The notes under the pieces were generated by a model. That model had not been told where the DNA came from and searched no databases. It saw only the letters and a list, made by a program, of their open reading frames with translations. A stretch of DNA of 64,000 bases from Monocercomonoides exilis PA203 (Eukaryota > Protista > Preaxostyla): assembly GCA_001643675.2 (NCBI GenBank), contig LSRY02000007.1, positions 248,001 to 312,000 of the forward strand. Direction: 5' to 3'. How positions within the stretch are numbered: position 1 is the first letter of the stretch; each line of letters opens with the position of its first letter. Both the position numbers and the translations under genes were made by a program. Positions 12,448 through 24,308 of this stretch are shown here, piece by piece.

Positions 12448-12613
12448 ATATGAATTTTTCAAAGTCAACATTTTTGTTGTTGTATTCAAGTTGAAAGTTT
12501 GTTGTTGGCATGCATTTCCAATCATTGAACAAACCATTTTCAACTTCCTGTTGATCAAAACACCCATATTTATGAAAAACAAAAGTGCAGGAAAAATCAA
12601 AATTTATTCCTGC

Positions 12614-15600
12614 ATGCTGCCAATCATTCATCTTGTTGCAATTCTGAGCTTTTTCTTGAATGTCAATGCTTTTGAAGACAATTCTTTGAGAAATACAAAT
12701 GATGAATCATCCTTTTTTGGATTCTCCAAAAACGATGAATATTCATTATCCAGTCAAAAATCGAATATTTCACAAAACAACAACAGCGAAGATCGATCCA
12801 CTCATTTTCAAGAAGATGGAATATTGGAGTTTTCATGTTTGAAAACTTCGTTTTCATTGATGAACACTTCCATAACTTTCTCAAAGTTGCAGTTCCAAAC
12901 AAGAGGAGATATAAATGTTGTTGATGGAACTTTATCCAACGTGATTGTTCTTGGGTGCATGATATTGTGCAACGATGAGAAAACAAATGGTCTATTCAGA
13001 ATTGTTTATGGAAGAGCACTATTCAATAACATATCAATGAACACAAAATGCAAAAGCAATCAAATTCCACAATTATTGGTCTCTGAGCATTCAGCCAAAA
13101 AGAGATGGATTGGGAATGATTTTGTAGCAATCATGTTGTCATCTTCGATATTTAATGATCTTGTATTTGAAAAGGCTCCGATTATTGATTCCTCACATTC
13201 ATCTTTTTTATCTATTGCCAAATGTGTCTTCTCGAACATTTCTTCCACTCAAAAGAAGAATCCATTTTGTTCAGAAACATCGGAGCTTCAGAATGGAAAT
13301 AGGGTATTCGTCATTTCTGGATGTGAATTGCATGGTGTTGAAAACGTGTTTTATGGAGGAATAGGAGACAGAAATCAAGCATTGCATGTTTTCAACACAA
13401 GTGTGATGCATTGTGCCAGAACCATGAATTCAAGTTCAAGAGTGGAACTCAAAGAGGATTGGAGCTTTGAATACACCGAATTTGTCAATCAGCATGTTAC
13501 TGATTATTCAGCAACAAATGATGGATTTAATACATGTGGAGGAGCAATTTTGTTCAATGGCCAGTCATCTTCGTTGAATGTTATGAGTTGCATTTTCATG
13601 GTTTGATTTGTTTTTTGTTTTTAATCAAAAAATATAAAAGTTCTTGAATTAAAATTTTTTTGTTTGTTTTTTCTCTTAAAAATTTTTTTATTTGAGTTCA
13701 GAATTGTTCCTGCAGCAGATGGGGAGGAGGAATTTGTGTTTTTAATTCTTTGAGTACAAGAATAGGGAACTGTTCATTCGATCATTGTATTGGAATAAGA
13801 AACAATGAAAATTCAGGCTCTCATGGAGGGACAATTTTCATCGATAAATCACAATGTTATGATATCGTCCATTCAATTGTTAAAAACGGATATACAACTG
13901 AGTTTGGAGGTGGTATTTTCTTAAATTATAGGAGTACATCCATATCAACTGAGTGCAATTTTGATACTCTTGAAAATGGATTTCCAGTCCTTTTATTCAA
14001 CGTCACTTGTACAAATGAAACTTCAAAAACAAGTTATGGAGGAGCATTACACATTAGGAATTATCTTCCAACTTTTTTTATCATGAGTGAATGTGTCTTT
14101 CAGAATTGTTCTGTGAACTCTTCACGTGGAGGAGGTTTTTTCATTGATGTTAGTCCTCTTGAATTAAATTCAAAGTTTTGTTTCTATTGCTTCTTCTTCA
14201 ATAATTCTGCCTCACAGGCATCAGATGCGTATTTTTATGATACTGATGGAAAGATAAAAGAAAGTCCATTTGTCGAATGTTATTCATTGACAAGTGGAGA
14301 GAGCAGATGTGTGAGCTCCTCACAAGGCACAAAGAATGATTGGCTGCCAAATGGATTTCTTGTGAGATATGTCATTCCAGATGGAGGAAACAACAATGCG
14401 CTCTGTGGGTTGATTGTTGAGGATGGTTGCAGCTCATTGAAATTCACATTGGAAGACACATTAACAAAGAGCAGATGCAGAATCATGCTGATCGAGGGAA
14501 TATATGAGATGGCTGAATCAAATGGATTTGTTATATTTGGGAAGAGAATTTCTCTTCAAGGGAGAGGAAAGGATGAAACACAATTGAATCCAGTCCAGGT
14601 TGGAGCAGACAAAGTGTTTCTGAGTGTGGATGATGGGATATGCAAACTGTCATCTTTGAGCATTGTGTTTGACTCACATGAAAGTTCAAGATTGTTCCGA
14701 CTGAGCTCCTCAAATTCTCAGTTATTTCTTCAAGAGCTTGCAATCAGCACCCCATTGAATCAGGAAGGTCATCCCTCAAAAGAATATTTGAACAGTTTGT
14801 TTGAGGTGAATTTTGCCAACTTTCGAATGACAGACTGCATTGTCGAGAATGTGTTGTCCAAGGCCAGTCTCTTTCAAGAAGCTTCTTCTGCTTCATTATT
14901 GGTATCGTCTTCATCTTCTTCTCTTCCAAACAATGATGAATCCTTTGTTGTCAATTCCAACTTTTCACATGTGACAAAAACAGAAGGAGATGGAGCAGTG
15001 ATGTCAAAGACAATCAGTGAGGGAGAGTCATTTTGTCTGTGCAACACAACAATCGAGAACTGTGAGTGTTCGAGTGGGAGTGGAGGAGGGATCAGGATTG
15101 ACATGGCATCATCCACCAGCACCTTCAGAATGGGATCTTCTTCGTTTCCAACCACACTCAACTCGTGTTCATGCAGCAAGTGTGGAGGAGGATTGTATCT
15201 TTGGCTGGGGGATGGAGCTGCAGACTTTGTGATTTCATCAGTGAGTTTTGTGGATTGTGAGGCAAGAGAGGGAGGGAGAAATCTCTTTGTGAACGGGAGC
15301 AACATGAATGGCGAGACAATCAATTTGGAGAAGATTTGTGTTTCACTGAATGGACTGGGATATGAAGAGTTGATGGGATTTGATAGAAGTCTGAGTGAGA
15401 TGGGAATGTTTCCGTTGAATGTGTTTTTGGAGTCATTCCAACCGCCAGCACATGTTGGAGGAACTGAAGGAAACTGGGTTTTTGATTCGAATTTTTGTGG
15501 ATTCAGCTTCTTCCCATGCCTGACAATAATGCATGCGACTCAGATCAGATTTGGCTCATCACAAAGGCAGATTGTTGTTGGAGAGGGATATGAGCTGGAT

Positions 15601-18600
15601 GAGGAGATGATTATTGATGGACCAGTTTGGAACATCTCATGTGGGGAAAAGGGAATGGTTGTTGATGTGCATGCACCACAAACAGAGCTCTCCAATGAAT
15701 GGCTGGTGAGTGTTTCCACTGAGTGTTCAATATACAACATCTGCTTCTCCCTTCCTTCTTCTCTCTCAGATGCCCACTCTTTCATCACACTCCCCACTTC
15801 CACTTCCTTTCTCACTCTCTCAAACTGTTCATCAATGAATTCAACATCTGATTCGGGGAGTGAGATTGGATTCTGCTTTGTGAGTGTGGTTGGAGGGGAG
15901 TTGAAGATGGAAATGTTTGAGACAAAAGGAGCAATGGTGTTTTCATCACATTCGTTGATTGAAGGGAAGGGGAGCAGTTTTGTTGTGAATTGTGTTGAGT
16001 GTGTTTTTGAGGGAATCACAAAAGAGAATGGAGATGGAGCTTGCATTTGTGTTTGTGCTGAGGATGAGACAAGTGCTCATGAATCAGAAAAGAATCAACT
16101 GATAATTGACAACTGCACATTGAATGGATGTTGGACAAAGGGGAACAGAGCCAAAGGGGGAGGAATGCATGTGTGTCTGAGAGGCAATGATGAAATGGTT
16201 GCGAATGGGTCATCGAAGTTTGAAGGGTGCTGTGCAGGAAAGAGAGATGAAGGAGAGAAGGATGGATGTGGAGGAGGAATATTTTTATCATTGGAGGATG
16301 AAGCAACTCAGTTTGTTCTCCTGGATATGAAGTTTGTGGGGTGCTGTGCCTGGAAAGGGAAGAATGTGTTTGTGAATGGGAGCTCTCTGGATGAGGTTGT
16401 GGATTCCGCGCATTTCTGCTGGGAGATGAGTGAGAAGGAGAAGTCATCGATGGATGAGTTGTGTGGGTGGGAGAGAAGCAGCACAGGAGTTGGGTTTGTG
16501 ATTCCGCTTGTGGTGTATCTGTGGAGCAACTTCAGTGGGAGTGGGTTTGTCGATGGGGAGGAAGGAGGAGACTTCAGTGGATGTGGATATGCTGTTGCTC
16601 CATGCAGATCCATCTCCCATCTCATCTCCCTCAAATTCACCCCACTCCCTGGAAGTGCTTCCGATGATGAAGATGGATTGTCCATCTCAGTGTCTCACAT
16701 TTCCTCGCTCACCTCATCCCTTTCGCTTTCATCTTCTGTTGAATCAGAACACATCTCAATGAAATTCATTGGGAAAGACAAAGAGTCAGGGATTTGTGTG
16801 GGCGATGATCCAGTTGGAAATGAAGAATGGATGATCCATTCGACCATCCATCTTTCATTTGAGGTTCTCTCCTTCCACATCCCAACAGCATTTGCCCATC
16901 ATAGAACATTCATCAGATCCTCAACTTCCTCATCGCTTCTCGAAATGAAACACTGCTCTTTCACCCCTCAAAGTTCCAGTGAGCCTGTCTCATTCACTTT
17001 GTTGAGTGTTTCAGAGGGAAGCCTGTTGATTGACAATTGCACCTTGTCCTCGTTCTCAACCACTCACCCATTTCTCCTTGTTTCACTTCCTTCTCAGTCA
17101 ATCACCCTTTCCAATATGACAGTCTCGAATGTCTCGACATCTTCGTGCTCTCTTGTGACATTCGAAAGAACACCATCTCATCTGCCTGTGAATTCATCTG
17201 CTCACAATGAAGTGTCAGACAAGCCTTGTTGCTCCCTCCAAATCCAGTCATCCTCATTTGCCAACAACACATGCTCCGGTGACAGTGCAACCATTCTTTG
17301 CCTTGGTCTGTTCGATGCTGTGGAGAGTGTTGTTGAGAAGTGCACATTTAGCCGGTGTGTGAGCGAGGCGAGTGAAAGGGGAGGGGCACTGATGATGTGT
17401 GCGAAGAGCGAGGAGTCATCGGTGGAGGTGAGGCAATGCTCATTCACACTCTGCAGGTGCTCGACTGTGGTTGGGAGAGGAGGCGGAATGATGTTTGATT
17501 GTGTGGATCCCTCATCACCAACACCTTCACCAACACCAGCACCAGATGGCCCATCTTTTCTCCCACTGAAGATTTCAGAGATCCGATTCACAATGAATGA
17601 TGCACTGGTGGGGAAGGATATATTCATCAACTGCCAGTCGATCGAGCAGCAGATCAACGAAACACTCTTTGCCCTCGACTTCACCCAGGAGTCGCTCCAG
17701 TCGAACAAGTCCATCTGTGCGAGTGATGCTGACGAGCAGGATGTGGACTTGATCCCCTTGATTACCTTCTTGTATGCACCCCAGATCTTTGTGTCTCTCG
17801 ATTCGGCAGACACTCGCCAGTGTGGATTGCCAACAAACCCCTGCCAGAGCATCTCATCTGCTGTTCACCACATCCAGCCTGGACTTGTTAACATCATTTT
17901 CATCAACACCTCGTCCACCTTCCTCGCAGAGACAACTGTGCATGGGCTGTCCATCCTGCCTTCAACAAAGCAGCAGGCAACAGTCCAGCTGAGCACAACC
18001 ATTCCACACACAGGAGATGCCCAGAGTGTGGTTCTGTTTGAGGAGGATTGCACAGTTCGCAACTGCCTGATATCATTTGCCTCTTCGTTTGAGGCAGCAC
18101 ACTCAGCAGTATTCGCTGAAATGTCTGGATCGTTGGAAGTGTCTCAGTGCACATTCACAGCAGCCGATGCCTCGTTGGAGCTGGATTCACATGTGATGGC
18201 TGTTTGGGGAGGAGTTCTGAAGATGAGCGAGACATCATTCAGATGTCTGTCTTTTGCAAAACCCTTGCTTTTGTTTTCAGATGGATCAGAAATTGTGCTT
18301 TCCCAAATGACTCTGGACTTTCTCGCATCGACAGCTGATGTTGTGGCAGTTGGATTGAGTCCAAGAGTCTCGATTGAAAAAATGAACTGTTCCAACATCT
18401 CATTGAACAATGGCTGTCTGATCTCAACGAACAAAGAAGAGCTGAATGTGGGTGGAAATGGAAGAAGAAATGATGAAGATAAGGGAAGTTTCAAAATATC
18501 TGCAGCAGTTTTTGAGAACATTTCATCAAATGAGAATGATAACAACAACAGGAGCATCGTGAGAATTGAGAGGGGCAAGACAAATGCGAATCTGATCAAC

Positions 18601-20823
18601 TGCTCATTTTCTAATTGTTTGCTTTCAACTGAGAAAGGAAGCCAGTTGTCTGTTTCAGACAGTTCAGATGTGTCTGTTGTGTCGTGTCTGTTTGATGGCA
18701 AAACAACAGATGATCCAGTCAGCCATCAGAAGAATAACACTTTTGGAGGAGATGAAGAAGAAAATGACAAAGAACTTAACCCATTGTGTGGTTGGAATGG
18801 ATCAGTTGTGGATGTGAAGTCAAGCAATGTGACAATGAAAGATTCCACAATCTGCAACTCGAAGAAAGGAGGGATTTCATTATCAGGTGGAAGTGTGAAG
18901 ATTGAGAAAGGAGAGTTCATGGACAACAATCCATCGATTCAGAATTATCCATCATCAAGAAGAAACATGTTGTGTGAAGGCTCTTCGCAACTGAATGTTG
19001 TGAGTTTGAAGGGAGGTGATGGAGTGAAAGATAATTCCTCGTTGTGGATATTGGATGGAGGATGTTCATTGGAAGGGATTGCCGGAGAAAGGGCATCTCC
19101 CTTTTTCATTCCGAAGGTGGAGAGTGTTTCATCGGAAAAGTCAGGGGAGAAGGTGAATCTTGTGTTCAGAGGATCACTTCTCCTCCCTTGCAATCTTTCA
19201 TTCGAAACAGTTGCAGCAGAAGGAGACGAAGAGGTGGTTGAGAAGCATTTGTTTGATGAAAGAGACTTCATATCAGAAGAGGAGGTTCATATGTCTGTTC
19301 CTGTGGAAACAATTGAAGGGGTGGCAAGTGGAGCAGAAGTGAGAGTGTGCATTCTATTTGGAAAAGCTGATTCTCCATCCGCAACAGAATCATTCATTCT
19401 GAAAAACAAGAGTGTTTCAGAATTAAAAGGAGAAGAAAAAATTGTTGAAGGAGGAAAAGAAGGGAAATCTTCATGGGTGTTGATTGTAATTATTTCACTC
19501 ATTGTTATTTTGTTGATTGTTCTCATCGGTTTTATTCTGTTTGTTGTTCGATGGAGAAAGGCAAAGAATGAAAACAAAGATTTGAGAGAGATTGTGAATG
19601 ACACAGTGAAGAAGGATCCGAAAGCTTTTGAGATGGTGGCGATGGAGATGTCGCCGGAGGAGCAGTGGAGGAGAGCAGAGAGAGAGGCAGAGAAGAAGAA
19701 TGAAGAGAGAGCAAAGAAGAGGGTATATGAGAATAATTTGGGACATTCAGAATCTTCGGAGCATCTTCTGTCTGAGAGTGGCTCCACTGAATATATTCTT
19801 GGAAGAGATTCAGATAAGATCCCTCAATGGATGCTGGAGAAGGTTGATGAGAAAGAGGAAGAGTCCAGAAAGAGAACGCCATCGCCATCGATTTCGTCCA
19901 CTTCAACCACTGATTCAGATTCAACATTTGTTCGATCGGAAAGTCTGTGTCCAACAACCTCGTCCATGTCAAATCTGGTGGATGCAATAGCCTGTTCATC
20001 TGTGTTTGAAAAGCTGATTGTGGATCTGCGAGATTCGCTGTTCATGCTGCTTCATGGGAGGAATGAGAAGAAGGAGATGGCGATAGGAACTCTGAAGGAG
20101 AGAGAACACACCGCTGCACAGGTGTTGTTCTGGGTGGCGAATGGGGCACTCCACTCACTTGAGAATGAAGAAGACGAGCTGACCTCCCTTGCCAATCTGA
20201 GTCCTCACATTGTGTTGTTCTCAGAGCACATGATCATCTGCATTGCCAAGCATTCCGACTTCTCTTCAGATGATGATTCAGATTCCTCATCCATCTCCTC
20301 CGCCTCCTCCATCATCACATCTTCCTCTGACTTCTCATCTGCCAACAGGAATGGTCGAGGTTCACCACCACCTTCATCAGCCTTTGAGGATGAGGATGAC
20401 AACAGGAAGGAGTGCTTGAGGTGGAAGGCGCCTGAGCTGCAGATGAACAAGAAGATGGGAGCAACAAAGGAGTCAGTTTCATTCTCGATTGGGATGATGC
20501 TGTGGGAGTGCCTGACCCTGCAGATTCCATTTGGAGAATATGAGGCAGTGGTGGCAGGGCAGAAGATAGTGAATGGGGAGAGGCCAGACATGAAGGGGGT
20601 TTCAGGGAACACATTTGAGGCAGTTGTGAAGAGCTGCGTGTCGGAGAGAGGATGCGAGCGTGTGGAGCTGTATGTGCTGAAGAGAGAGTTCATCCAGCAC
20701 TTCCCTCCAGGCACAGTGATGGTGACGATGTCAGATGCGATTGGATACAACGAGTTGTCAGAGAATGAGGAATTGAGTGTGTCAGCGGAGGCAAGAAAGC
20801 TGGCCGAAAGCATGAACAAATGA
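12614..20823 (+). CDS. Type-I membrane receptor-like protein, ~2700 aa: signal peptide, Cys/Gly-rich repeat ectodomain, one TM, degenerate TKL-like kinase C-lobe; exons 12614-13600, 13702-20823
   Basis: Signal MLPIIHLVAILSFFLNVNA; phase-0 GT-AG intron 13601-13701; repeated GGA/GGG and CG....PC motifs; TM WVLIVIISLIVILLIVLIGFILFVV; kinase subdomains VIII-XI (RWKAPE, FSIGMMLWECLTLQIPF, GERP). Confidence 0.85.
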
Positions 20824-21431
20824 AGAAGAAGAGAAGGAGTTTGTTGTTTAATAATGAAGGGGGTGATTGATTTTTTTTCAATCTGAAAATGAAATGAAGA
20901 TTTTTTTATTCAAAAATGCATCATTTGTTTTCTGTTTGTGGCGTGCTTGCTACGACTTCAATTGGTTTTTTGATGCAATCTCATGTTTATTTAATTGTTT
21001 TTTTGAGGATGTGAAGCGAATTATTGGATTTCTATTAAATTATTATTCATGTTGAATTTTGAGTTATGAACACAAAACATTGTGATTTGAAATTTGATTG
21101 TTGAGAAAAGTGAATTCAAGTTTTGAAAAAAGGAATAGACCTATTTTCTATTGGAATGATCATATTTTTTTTTCCAAATAACATCATTACAAACAAAATA
21201 GAAATTGTTAATAAGTTCAGATAATGAATGAAAAATTCTATTTCCAAATGCAACATAGTCTTAAATACAATCATTGCAACAGCAGCATTTGAAAATGATT
21301 TCAAGATAAAAGATTCGTCGAATGACAATTCGATGAAGGAAATATCAACAAATCTTCGATTTATGAAAGAACATTATCAAAAAGAATTGCAATCACAGAA
21401 TATCGAGCAAACACAAGTCTCCAATATGGTA

Positions 21432-21468
<37 letters not shown>

Positions 21469-21499
21469 CAATCTCGTGGCACATGAACGAGATCTTCTT

Positions 21500-22830
21500 G
21501 ATGAGGAAAACGTTTCCTCGCTGAACAACTCTATTCAATGGAACCAGCATGTGTGAAAGGTTCAAAAGAGAAATAATTGCAATGAACCTCTCAATGTGCA
21601 GAGTTCACAGATATTATCAATATATTTATCATGATTTGAATTATCACAATAATATCTGTCCAAAATGCAAAGTGAAAAAAAGCATTCTTTAAAGAACATC
21701 TTTCTGCAAAATAAATAAAAAATTGGGCATTGCTCTTTTGATTTGTTCATATTGCTGGCTGGGAATTCAAAACAAAACTAGTTCTTTTCTTCTTTCTGTT
21801 GATAAGGACACAGTCGGATTCTGGGGAAGTGTGATTCTGTAAGCTTGTTCACAAATGTGGAAGGAAAGACAGCAAGTAATTGGAGGCGAGGGAACAACAG
21901 TTGAAATTGATGAAGCAGTTTGGCGAAAACGGAAGTACATGAGAGGAAGAAAGAATAAGCAAGGATGGATTTTCGGAGGTGTGGAAAGATTAGAAAGTGA
22001 TGAAGCGGGGAAACGGTTTATGGTTGTCGTTCCAAATAGAAAAAAGGAAACTTTGATTTTAATAATCCAGAAATACATTAAAGCAAGAATATTAATTATT
22101 TCCGATGAATGGCGTGCTAATTCTTCACTAGAAACAGTCAGATATAAGCATCAAGCTGTGTGCCACAAAAGTCGTTTCAGAGACCCAGAAACTAGTGCGT
22201 ATACAAATACAATTGAAGGGTTATGGCAACATTTGCGATGCACTTTCCCTCGATATGGAACAAGGATCAGACTTATGCATGACTATCTTTCACTGTTTTT
22301 GGTGAAATCAACATTTAATTTAACGTTCATTCAATTAATAAAATATCTGTGCTTTGAAAAGGAAATTGAACCTGTTCAAATGGATGATAAAGAAGAAGAA
22401 GAAAAAGAAATCACAGATGAAAATGAGGAAATCTCAGATATGGGACATAATATTTCACCGAAGGCATTTTCAATGAAAAATTTTGCACTTTTCATAAACT
22501 GTTTGAGATCAAATAACACAAATAAAATAGATATATTTTTTGACATCAGTGAAATGTTTCAAAACTTTATGCTTTTATTTCTAAAATGACAGTTTTCAAA
22601 TATGAAAATTAAACTTATTTTGAAATCTGAGAAAGCGAAATAAAGTTTTGAGCGAAGTAATTTTTCAATGCCTTGTGCAAAAAAAGCTTGAAAGTCCGTA
22701 TTTTCCCCCATATGGATAATGTTGTCAATGAAAATATCAATGTTGAATCTAATGAAGATTTCGAAGCAGGAGATGGGTCGAGAGTCTCTGAATATTTGCC
22801 TTTAATATTATTTTCTTTTGAAAAATAAAA
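21500..22830 (+). pseudogene. Decayed Merlin (IS1595/ISXO2-like DDE) transposase
   Basis: Core motifs GGEGTTVEIDE, RKYMRG, WIFGGVER, VPNRKKETL, IISDEW and DPETSAYTNTIEGLW. The same frame upstream has CPKC..KSI and an HTH-like TVGFW, broken by TGA 21522, TAA 21690 and TAA 21840. The acidic tail is interrupted at 22442-22709. No TIRs were identified. Confidence 0.85.
22442..22709 (+). mobile_element. 268-bp non-autonomous element, copy B (ends GGG..CCC, ATAT target duplication), inserted in the Merlin transposase
   Basis: ATAT at 22438-22441 and 22710-22713. Removing the element and one ATAT restores the frame EISD-MDNVVNENINVESNEDF. Confidence 0.85.
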
Positions 22831-23156
22831 TAATAATATTTTTGTCAAATTTTCTTAGCTTTTTTTAAATAATGAATCAGTCACTTTTTTGATGTTAATT
22901 TGAAAATGGTTATTTGTCATAATAATCTTTTTTTTTCATAATTTTCTCCATAAACACATTTCCGAAATTTGTCGTACTCATATTGCTTATATGCAATATG
23001 TCTTATTTTTTTCAGCAAAGTTTCAAAAAAAATTTGAATAAACCAATATGTTTGGATTATGCCACATAATGAATTGAAACTACATGAAAATAAACTATTT
23101 CCAAAAAAATAAATATTGATAACTATCTGATCATCAAAATTAGTATGAAAATGATC

Positions 23157-23254
23157 GGATGTGACTGAGTCACATCCAATTTGACTGCATCTTAATGGTA
23201 TCAACTTATCTTATTGGATGTTGACAGATCTAATATCACTTGATGCAGTCAAAT
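23157..23254. other. Perfect palindrome followed by a 13-bp stem-loop
   Basis: GGATGTGACT-G-AGTCACATCC at 23157-23177; ATTTGACTGCATC (23179-23191) pairs with GATGCAGTCAAAT (23242-23254). Function unknown. Confidence 0.7.
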
Positions 23255-24308
23255 CAATCAAGTTCTAATATCGTATAGTATTTAAATTAGAAAACGAAAA
23301 AGTTGATCTTTTGTTTTTAACTTGTTTTATTTTATATTCATGAAATTTCCAAAGAAAACTTTTAATATGAAAAAGCATGCAATATTTCATTTTTGAAAAA
23401 CGATCAATCATTCTTAAAACTTTTTCCTTTGTTTATATTTTTGTTATTTAATAATAATACGATGTGAGAAAACTGTCACAAAAAAAAAAGAAAGAAAGAA
23501 AGAAAAGAAAAAAAAAAAGAAAGAAAAAAATTCCTAAATTTTGAAAAATAACCAAAAATGTTAAAAAGAAAAGTTAAGAAACAATGCCAGCAAGGAAAAC
23601 ACTCGGTTTCAAAAGCTCGTGAAAGCAAGAGTTGAACATTGATCAAAAAATTTAACAAAAAAATTACAGATCTTTCTTTTGAAGAATAAAATAATTAAAA
23701 AACATTGCGCGTTCAACCATATAATAAATCATAATTTGTTTGGAAATAATTCTCGTTGAATTCAAGTTTCTATTTGCAGCGATGAAAGAAGAAATAATTA
23801 GGATCAAATAAAAACTGGGCCTTAACAAAAAAAATTGGTCACATTGTTTTGAATGACCAGAAACAACACTTTCCATTTCAATAATTTTTTTTTCGTCTTT
23901 GAAAATTCCAATTATCAATAACTTTTAAATTTGTTGTTTATATGTGAAAAAAAAAATGCAATCTTTGAATATATGATTATTAATCTTTCCATATTAAAAA
24001 AAGAACACAAACATTTTGAAATTTCTGATGTTATGCAAAAAAGTGCTTTATAAGTCAAAAACAGAGTGTGAATATTTCCAAAAACTCGAAAAACCAAAGT
24101 TATCAATGTTTTATATAAAATAATGATTCGCATTCGGAAATGTTGAATAAAACCTTAAAATTAAAAAATATTATGAAAATAAAACAAAATTATCATTGAT
24201 ATTTGCATTTTGAAAGCATTAAATATTTTGTATCTATTTGGTTTCAATTATTTAATCAAAAAATTTAAAAAATTTCAGAATAAAACAGAAAATGTTGGAA
24301 TTTGACTT

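Noticed and set aside
12416-12613. Upstream extensions of ORFs 12416 and 35556
   Set aside because: The 12416 start lies inside a mobile element; the signal-peptide Met (12614, 35697) is shared by both copies.
21228-21470. Exon-like segment ending in a GT donor and poly-T, duplicated at ~45380-45650
   Set aside because: The second copy is frameshifted and no downstream exon is evident; treated as part of the duplicated flank.
21690-21842. Two in-frame TAA codons in the transposase, suggesting a TAR=Gln code as in some oxymonads
   Set aside because: TAA terminates H2A.Z, AFG2 and tpx at the expected ends, and the frame also has a TGA and an insertion; ordinary decay explains it.
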